IMG/VR virus record: IMGVR_UViG_3300015203_000020
Span: 1 to 34,555 of that record
Direction: 5' to 3' (one strand)
DNA from: a virus
Taxonomy: Duplodnaviria; Caudoviricetes
DNA: 34,555 nucleotides
Positions 26,650 to 32,541 of this stretch are shown piece by piece (within the stretch, counting starts at the first letter, position 1; the number at the start of each line of letters is the position of its first letter). The position numbers were made by a program, and so were the translations under genes. The notes below the pieces were generated by a model. That model was not told where the DNA came from. It searched no databases and worked only from the letters and a program-made list of their open reading frames with translations.

Positions 26650-27060
26650 ATGAAAAAGTTACCACGTATAGCGTTTTTATCACTGTTTTTGATGAGTGGG
26701 TCTTTGTTGGCAGAAGAAGTTCAATATGCTGATGAGGCTATTAATGCTCAATGTAATGCAGTTAATTCGGGGTCACCCATGGTGAGACTTTCGGGGACAC
26801 ACTCGGTATATATTCACAATTCAACGCATAAACAGAAAAACTATCATATATACTATTTCATCCGTGATGGTTTAGGGCATGAGTCACGCACTGATTTTGA
26901 TGTGCATGTTGCAGCCGGGCAAAGTTATCAAGATAATAGAGGCACATTCTTGGATGACAGCTTTCCAGGAAATGGGCAGTATAAGTTCTTTTGTGGGGTT
27001 AATATGACGGGTGATGCTAATGGACAGCTTATGTCTGTTGGTGTAGCCAATATAGGTTAA
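26650..27060 (+). CDS. Secreted/periplasmic protein with Sec signal peptide
   Basis: MKKLPRIAFLSLFLMSGSLLA-EE, then a beta-rich mature part with two Cys. Confidence 0.75.
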   Translation: MKKLPRIAFLSLFLMSGSLLAEEVQYADEAINAQCNAVNSGSPMVRLSGTHSVYIHNSTHKQKNYHIYYFIRDGLGHESRTDFDVHVAAGQSYQDNRGTFLDDSFPGNGQYKFFCGVNMTGDANGQLMSVGVANIG

Positions 27061-27068
27061 AAGGTTAT

Positions 27069-27151
27069 GGAAGAAGTAGTTTAGTAAGTAGTCAGAATGA
27101 CAGCTCTGAGTGCACTCATCTGTAGGCACAGGTAAAGTCCTGTCTTCTTCC
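27069..27151 (+). ncRNA. tRNA-like RNA 1 (extended anticodon arm, degenerate T loop)
   Basis: GGAAGAAG/CTTCTTCC acceptor, TA, GTTT/GAAT D stem, ACAG/CTGT stem capped by TGAG-TGCA-CTCA, AGGC variable loop, ACAGG/CCTGT T stem. Confidence 0.6.
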
Positions 27152-27153
27152 TC

Positions 27154-27225
27154 TCATTTATGGATTAAATGGTTAAGTCACTTTCCCTCTGGAAAGAGCT
27201 CTAGGTTCGAATCCTAGTAAATGGG
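27154..27225 (+). tRNA. tRNA-like gene 2 (Gln-CTG-like pseudo-tRNA with 6-nt anticodon loop)
   Basis: TCATTTA/TAAATGG acceptor, GATT/AGTC D stem with GG, CTTTC-CCTCTG-GAAAG, perfect CTAGG-TTCGAAT-CCTAG; no encoded CCA. Confidence 0.75.
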
Positions 27226-27234
27226 AAAATTTAT

Positions 27235-27335
27235 GGTCGACGATACTAGGCCTTGGAGCATAAAGCGGTTGCTGCGCAAACAGTGTAAATTCCGTTATAA
27301 AATCCGAGAATGGGCTGTGGGAAAATAGACCACCA
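27235..27335 (+). ncRNA. Rod-like RNA 3 with paired ends and ACCA tail
   Basis: GGTC/GACC plus ACCA; nested helices TTGGA/TCCGA, AGCGG/CCGTT and TGCTG/CAGTG. Confidence 0.5.
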
Positions 27336-27341
27336 ATTTAT

Positions 27342-27457
27342 GACGCAGGAACTCGAAAAGACATTGATCGAAGAGCGCATCATTGTGCAGTAATGCGAGG
27401 TCTATTATTAATAGGCTAACGATGCAGGTGCAGGCGAAAATCCTGAATGCGTCACCA
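27342..27457 (+). ncRNA. tRNA-like RNA 4 with a branched insert replacing the anticodon loop and an ACCA end
   Basis: GACGCA/TGCGTC plus ACCA, CTC/GAG D stem, GCATC/GATGC stem, AGGT, CAGG-CGAAAAT-CCTG T arm. Confidence 0.68.
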
Positions 27458-27715
27458 AATCCGAGGGCATCCTTCCTTATGTCCTAATATCATCTCCGCC
27501 GGTAGATGGGATAAAACCGGCATTAATTCTCATAATGTAATTGTCAATGATATACAGATAAAATAAGTAGAAAATTTTGATAGTTACACACAGTTTCTGT
27601 ATATAACTTTCTAACAACCTGTTGATAAAGTTAGTTGCCCGCTCGGACGTTAACTAACTAAAAAGGCTGTCATGGACGATAGGGACTTTAAGTGAGACGA
27701 ACGGGCACTTATAGA

Positions 27716-27937
27716 TTACTCTTCTGACACAATATCTTCAATACCCAACGTAATCCCTTTCCTTAAAAAAGCTTTTTGAATCTTACGAATGGTGACGTAA
27801 GAGGGTTTATTTCTACCACTTGTCCAACAACGTATGGTTTCATATGACACGCCGATGAACTTAGCAAACTGTCTTCCGGACATTTTTGAATTTATTAATA
27901 GAGTTTTTAACTTATCTTTAGTGAGCACTTCTTGCAT
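27716..27937 (-). CDS. XRE/Cro-family HTH regulator
   Basis: MSGRQFAKFIGVSYETIRCWTSGRNKPS. Confidence 0.88.
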   Translation of the reverse strand: MQEVLTKDKLKTLLINSKMSGRQFAKFIGVSYETIRCWTSGRNKPSYVTIRKIQKAFLRKGITLGIEDIVSEE

Positions 27938-27959
27938 ATTATCATCCTTATTTTAAGTG

Positions 27960-28019
27960 ATTATAGACTAAAATATTTGTGTCAACAAGTGTTGACAAGA
28001 TAAATAATCCTGCTATCAT
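27960..28019. promoter_or_regulatory. Divergent promoter/operator region
   Basis: Palindrome TGTCAACA-AG-TGTTGACA (27980-27997). Rightward TTGACA-16-TATCAT with TG extension; leftward TTGACA-14-TATAAT (short spacer). Confidence 0.65.
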
Positions 28020-28054
28020 GGTTATGTTAACTAATTAATTATGGAGATAGGACA

Positions 28055-28282
28055 ATGGACACATTAGGTATATATGATGATTCACCTGGTTTTGACAACT
28101 ATGCTGTATTGGTCACTATATCAAATGCTTTTAGAGATTTAGGCGTTGATATTACTGTCGATCAACTTATCAAAGAACCTGAACCTGTGATAGCTAAATA
28201 TATTAATTGGATTGTTCATCAAGCTATTAGAAAATCTCATGAACATATTTTAGAAGCATTTCAATTTGTGGGGGTGATCTAA
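28055..28282 (+). CDS. Hypothetical protein
   Basis: First gene of the rightward early operon, with an SD. Confidence 0.65.
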   Translation: MDTLGIYDDSPGFDNYAVLVTISNAFRDLGVDITVDQLIKEPEPVIAKYINWIVHQAIRKSHEHILEAFQFVGVI

Positions 28283-28620
28283 TGGATAAGGTCAGAATAA
28301 AGATTCATGAAATTATTAAATCGTATCTTGTGTTGAAAAAAGATGAATATATTTTTAATTGGGCAGATGTTTGCGACCATGATAAAGAAGAATTAGCAGG
28401 CCTCATTATAGCTAAAAATGGCGGAAATACTGATGATTTAATTATTAGATTGCAAGATGACATTGTTAGTTTGCTCATTGGCACAATATCTGCATTAGAT
28501 GTCGCCCAATCAATTAAACAGGAATCTGTAGATTACTATAATAATTACATGCAATTTATCGTAAATATAGAAATTCCTGAAGTTTATCATGAAATGAAGG
28601 AGGGTTATCTAGATGAGTAA
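28282..28620 (+). CDS. Hypothetical protein
   Basis: TAATG coupling to the upstream gene. Confidence 0.65.
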   Translation: MDKVRIKIHEIIKSYLVLKKDEYIFNWADVCDHDKEELAGLIIAKNGGNTDDLIIRLQDDIVSLLIGTISALDVAQSIKQESVDYYNNYMQFIVNIEIPEVYHEMKEGYLDE

Positions 28621-29284
28621 CTCAGTATTAATCATTGGCGAAAGCGGTACAGGGAAAAGTAGCTCAATTAGAAACTTAAATCCTGCTGAAACTTTTGTGA
28701 TAAATGTTTTGGATAAACCATTGCCTTTCAAGGGATTCAAAAAGTCTTATTCTATTTATAGCAAAGATACGCCAGAAAATAATTACTTTTCCACTGATAA
28801 TCCTCAGTGGATAGTGAAATTAATCCAAACTATTAATGATAGTCGTCCAGATATTAAAACTATTATTGTAGATGATTGGCAATATGTAATGGCTAATGCT
28901 TTTATGAGAAGAGCATTGGAGAAAGGATATGACAAGTTTTCGGAATTGGCCAAAAATGCCTGGGAAATTATTAATGCACTTAATGCTCTTCGCTCTGATC
29001 TTTTGTCTATCGTTCTATCTCACTCTGACACTGATCAGTTCGGTAAGTCAAAGTGCAAAACAATTGGAAAAATGTTGGAAGACAAAATTTGCGTCGAAGG
29101 AATGTTTACTATAGTTTTGCATTCTTTAGTCATCGACGGGAATTATAAATTTTTAACACAAAATGATGGGGCTCATTTAGCTAAGAGCCCTATGGGAATG
29201 TTTGACAGTAAATTAATTGATAATGATTTAATATTTGTTAAACAAAAAATTGAAACTTATTTAAATGAAGATGTATTAATGTAG
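28613..29284 (+). CDS. Sak4-like P-loop ATPase (single-strand annealing recombinase, AAA_24 type)
   Basis: Walker A GESGTGKS, Walker B IIVDD, GYDKF, KTIGKML and AKSPMGMF; adjacent to an SSB-like gene. Confidence 0.82.
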   Translation: MSNSVLIIGESGTGKSSSIRNLNPAETFVINVLDKPLPFKGFKKSYSIYSKDTPENNYFSTDNPQWIVKLIQTINDSRPDIKTIIVDDWQYVMANAFMRRALEKGYDKFSELAKNAWEIINALNALRSDLLSIVLSHSDTDQFGKSKCKTIGKMLEDKICVEGMFTIVLHSLVIDGNYKFLTQNDGAHLAKSPMGMFDSKLIDNDLIFVKQKIETYLNEDVLM

Positions 29285-29292
29285 GAGTAATC

Positions 29293-29742
29293 ATGTTTAC
29301 TTACACGCCCGTATCAGAAATAGAAGCACTCGACCTCATGCCAAAAGGTGAATATCAGGCAATCGTAAGATCTTGCGAATCAACTACCTCTAGCAAAGGA
29401 AATCCGCAATTAACAGTTGTCTTGCTAGTATATGACTCCAAGGGTAAAGAAAAAATAGTCACCGATTACTTATCTGAATTTCATTTTCAGTTTAAGTTGA
29501 GACATTATTTGGTAAGCCTATTTGGAGAAGAAGCATATACAAAAGGAGTCAATCCTTTGAAAAGCGAAGGAATGGGATTGATAGTTAAAATATATATACA
29601 AGAAGATAAAAATGGAAAATATCCACCCAAAAATGCTGTTGCTGATTATTTACCTTTAGAAGAAAAGACTTTTGAGCAAGCTATAAAAAAAGCTATTGAT
29701 GGCTCTATTGATCCAAATTTCAATGATGATGTGCCCTTTTAG
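29293..29742 (+). CDS. Single-stranded DNA-binding protein (DUF669-like)
   Basis: PKGEY...SSKGNPQL OB-fold start and an acidic DDVPF tail. Confidence 0.8.
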   Translation: MFTYTPVSEIEALDLMPKGEYQAIVRSCESTTSSKGNPQLTVVLLVYDSKGKEKIVTDYLSEFHFQFKLRHYLVSLFGEEAYTKGVNPLKSEGMGLIVKIYIQEDKNGKYPPKNAVADYLPLEEKTFEQAIKKAIDGSIDPNFNDDVPF

Positions 29743-29752
29743 CGTGACCAGA

Positions 29753-29772
29753 GGCGCGGCTCTAACCGCGCC
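29753..29772. terminator. Hairpin between convergent early and late operons
   Basis: GGCGCGG-CTCTAA-CCGCGCC; U-tract weak. Confidence 0.6.
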
Positions 29773-29780
29773 CCTACCCT

Positions 29781-29924
29781 TTATTTCTTCTTAGCTTTCT
29801 TCTTTGATTTTCCAGCCACAGAGTATGCTATTGCCACAGATTGTTTTTGTTTTTTTCCTTGATGCACTTCAGTTCTAATATTTTCTGAAATGGCTTTCTT
29901 ACTAGTCCCTTTCTTCAATGGCAT
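29781..29924 (-). CDS. 47-aa basic protein (not in ORF track)
   Basis: [47 protein letters not shown], a recurrent phage mini-protein pattern, with an AAGGA SD. Confidence 0.8.
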   Translation of the reverse strand: MPLKKGTSKKAISENIRTEVHQGKKQKQSVAIAYSVAGKSKKKAKKK

Positions 29925-29927
29925 AAC

Positions 29928-30101
29928 TTATCCTTTCTTTGATGGACGACCGCGCTTCTTGGCAACATGATGAGTTTCTTTTAATTCGACCATTCCAGCA
30001 ACTTTCTGGGCATGTTTTTCGTGCATTGCCGCTAATTTTAAATGATGTTCTTTTTGCTTTAAATGATGTTTATGTAAAGCATTAGATTTAGGATAAGCCA
30101 T
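29928..30101 (-). CDS. 57-aa His/Lys-rich protein with AT-hook motif (not in ORF track)
   Basis: MAYPKSNALHKHHLKQKEHHLKLAAMHEKHAQKVAGMVELKETHHVAKKRGRPSKKG, with a GGAG SD. Confidence 0.72.
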   Translation of the reverse strand: MAYPKSNALHKHHLKQKEHHLKLAAMHEKHAQKVAGMVELKETHHVAKKRGRPSKKG

Positions 30102-30172
30102 TAAAATACTCCAAAATTAAATTAATAAAATTGGAGTATAGATTAATTAATCAACTAATTCAAATTAGCAAA

Positions 30173-31267
30173 TTAAAATGAACTAAATACAGCAAGTGCA
30201 CCTGCGCCTGCGGTAATCGTACCTTCAACTAACCAATGATCAGCAATATAGTCAGTTAATCTAATTACGTCACCTTGTGCGCCACCTGTACCGGCTATAC
30301 CATTCAAGAGTGTCATACGATTATGATTACCTGCTGCTGTGCCATTCTGATTTAATACCGCTGCATCAGATCCAGCATAACGAGTTAAATCACTATCGAA
30401 GCGATCGAGAGTACCTGTCGAATCGCAATTGAAAACATAACCATTCGAAGTTGGCATTAGACCGCAGAAAAATGTTAGAACTACGCCCGACCCTGTTGCG
30501 GGTGGCAAAGTAATCGGAACACCTGTTGCAGAAGATAAAACATATCTGTATTGGCCAAGTGCTTCGTTTGCAGTGATATCAGCCGCAGTCAAAGCAGTAG
30601 CATCCGATCGCATTTCTGGAGCAGGTACTGAACCAGCACTTGGAACTGGGCCACCGTCGGTAATCGTTCCTAAAACATCTGAGTATGTAGCTATGTGTCC
30701 AACAACCACAGCGCCATTCACAGAGGCAACTTTAGCTTTGGTTGCATCAGAAGGTGAAACACCCAAATCTCTAATAGTCCCCAAAACATCTGAGAATATT
30801 GCTATATCACCGACAACGGTTGCGCCATTTACAGAAGATACTTTTGGTTTTGTAGCATCAGAAGGAGAAACGCCAGAATCTTTAATTGAGCCTAATGTAT
30901 CTGCCGCTGCTATTAAATCATTTACAACAAATGCGCCAACCGTGGAAGAAACATTTGGCTGACTATTATCAGTAGCATTTTTACCAGAAGCTGTACCGCC
31001 GCCCGCAGAAGCTTCAGGAGATAAAGTAATAATACCTGTGAGTAAACTAACTGAAACAGCTAAAACAATGTTAACAGGTGATATTGTTGCAGAATTATAA
31101 ATAGTTTCGATCAAATCATTATTTACAAATGTATTTCCGCCAACGCCTTGTTTTAGATAACCAGCAGTTGTAACAGTTGATAAGTTATCTGTGGTAACCA
31201 TTTTAAAAGATCCAGGTTGTACACCAACTTGCATCATTTTAATTGGAGTTAATTGTGTAATTCCCAT
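30173..31267 (-). CDS. Virion fibre/decoration protein with internal repeats
   Basis: Repeats of VSPSDATKxKVxSVNGAxVVGxIAxxSDVLGTIxD shared with 32542..34554; C-terminal ITLPPATGSG domain. Confidence 0.72.
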   Translation of the reverse strand: MGITQLTPIKMMQVGVQPGSFKMVTTDNLSTVTTAGYLKQGVGGNTFVNNDLIETIYNSATISPVNIVLAVSVSLLTGIITLSPEASAGGGTASGKNATDNSQPNVSSTVGAFVVNDLIAAADTLGSIKDSGVSPSDATKPKVSSVNGATVVGDIAIFSDVLGTIRDLGVSPSDATKAKVASVNGAVVVGHIATYSDVLGTITDGGPVPSAGSVPAPEMRSDATALTAADITANEALGQYRYVLSSATGVPITLPPATGSGVVLTFFCGLMPTSNGYVFNCDSTGTLDRFDSDLTRYAGSDAAVLNQNGTAAGNHNRMTLLNGIAGTGGAQGDVIRLTDYIADHWLVEGTITAGAGALAVFSSF

Positions 31268-31285
31268 ATAAGTAAATCTCCTAAG

Positions 31286-32530
31286 TTATAAAAGTAATTC
31301 ATAAATTGAATTTAATGTTTGACTGCCCGCACCGGAATTAACTACTTGATAGCTTTGTCCTACCGGTACAACAAATGAAAATGATGATTGATTTGCAGCA
31401 ACAACATCTGTACTACTGAATTTTAATACAGTATCAGAATTAATAGTAATAGATACAGTTGATGTTTGTGCGGCGATATTTGTAAAACTAAAGATTACGT
31501 TAACAAAAGCGTCATTAGTTGTGCTTGGTGTGTAAGAAGTGCTAAATGCTGCTCCTCCACGAGCAACATAAGATCGACTCACGCCCGCATTCATTCCGCC
31601 ATACACATTCAGAGTACCAGCAGTTGTTGTGATTTTAGTATTGTCAGGTAGGCTTGCGCGATTTACTGTTGTCGTAGCGCTTGCGCCTGTTGTGGATAAA
31701 GTCGTACCTGTTCCAAAGCCTACACCTTCAATCTCCATAGTAATAGCTGAATTAGAAGTCCAAGCATTTAAGTAGTTACCATCATTTCCCCCACCAACAA
31801 TTTGAAAATCGGATGTTGTGCTTGCTGCGGCAGATGAATGATTTTCATAAGTTCCCCCAGCATTATAACTATTGGCAACTTGAGTGATACATCCTGTATT
31901 TTTCACGCCCGAAAATAAATAACAACCGTGAAAAGTGACTTGATTAATTTGACTAGTGCTCAATCCAGTAATTGCGGGCTGATCACTGAATCTAACATCA
32001 AAGAAATATAATTTTCCGCTGTCATTTCCGGCTTGAGCGGTGAAATCAAAAATGCTCGTCCCAGTGCGATGCTCAATGCTTCTTAAACCAGAACGATTAT
32101 CAGCGCCTGGCACATTCCAACTTGCATCATTAATATCAATATTACCTGTTAATCTTGTTTCAACCGGAGAGGTTGCCACAATAAAAGTATTCGCTTTTAA
32201 ATGAATATTTTCTGGATAAAAGCCAGGTTGAACAAAAATAACATATCGCTTAGTTGGCGATTGATCAGAGTAAGTGGACATTGCAAAAGTAATCGTAGCA
32301 TAAGGATTAATTGCAGTACCATTTCCTGTGATATCCGATCCTTGCAAGCTCACATATATTTGTTGTGTTGTTGCAACCGTAATTAAAGAATTAACATTTG
32401 CTGTATTAAGACCTGTTGGCTGTGTTGAATCATAAATCACGACATTATTATCTGCACCAGCTGGTAAAATACCAAATTGATTTAATATTCCCGTTCCTGC
32501 TTCCATGTCACCTTTATTTAATGTAGTCAT
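31286..32530 (-). CDS. Tailspike-like protein, probable right-handed beta-helix
   Basis: IYVSLQGSDITGNGTAINPYATI...IFVQPGFYPENI is the usual cap of pectin-lyase-like domains. Confidence 0.7.
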   Translation of the reverse strand: MTTLNKGDMEAGTGILNQFGILPAGADNNVVIYDSTQPTGLNTANVNSLITVATTQQIYVSLQGSDITGNGTAINPYATITFAMSTYSDQSPTKRYVIFVQPGFYPENIHLKANTFIVATSPVETRLTGNIDINDASWNVPGADNRSGLRSIEHRTGTSIFDFTAQAGNDSGKLYFFDVRFSDQPAITGLSTSQINQVTFHGCYLFSGVKNTGCITQVANSYNAGGTYENHSSAAASTTSDFQIVGGGNDGNYLNAWTSNSAITMEIEGVGFGTGTTLSTTGASATTTVNRASLPDNTKITTTAGTLNVYGGMNAGVSRSYVARGGAAFSTSYTPSTTNDAFVNVIFSFTNIAAQTSTVSITINSDTVLKFSSTDVVAANQSSFSFVVPVGQSYQVVNSGAGSQTLNSIYELLL

Positions 32531-32541
32531 AATTTATTCCC

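Noticed and set aside
26884-27129. Minus-strand 81-aa ORF
   Set aside because: Antisense to the secreted-protein gene and RNA unit 1, with no coding features.
27235-27457. Canonical tmRNA
   Set aside because: Units are too short, there is no tag ORF and no G3:U70 alanine identity pair.
27716-27937. CI-type lysogeny module
   Set aside because: HTH only, no peptidase domain and no recognisable integrase, so a temperate lifestyle cannot be asserted.
28005-28032. dif site based on TTATGTTAACT (and a similar arm near 21678-21688 on the minus strand)
   Set aside because: The XerC arm does not match, and the first lies in a promoter.
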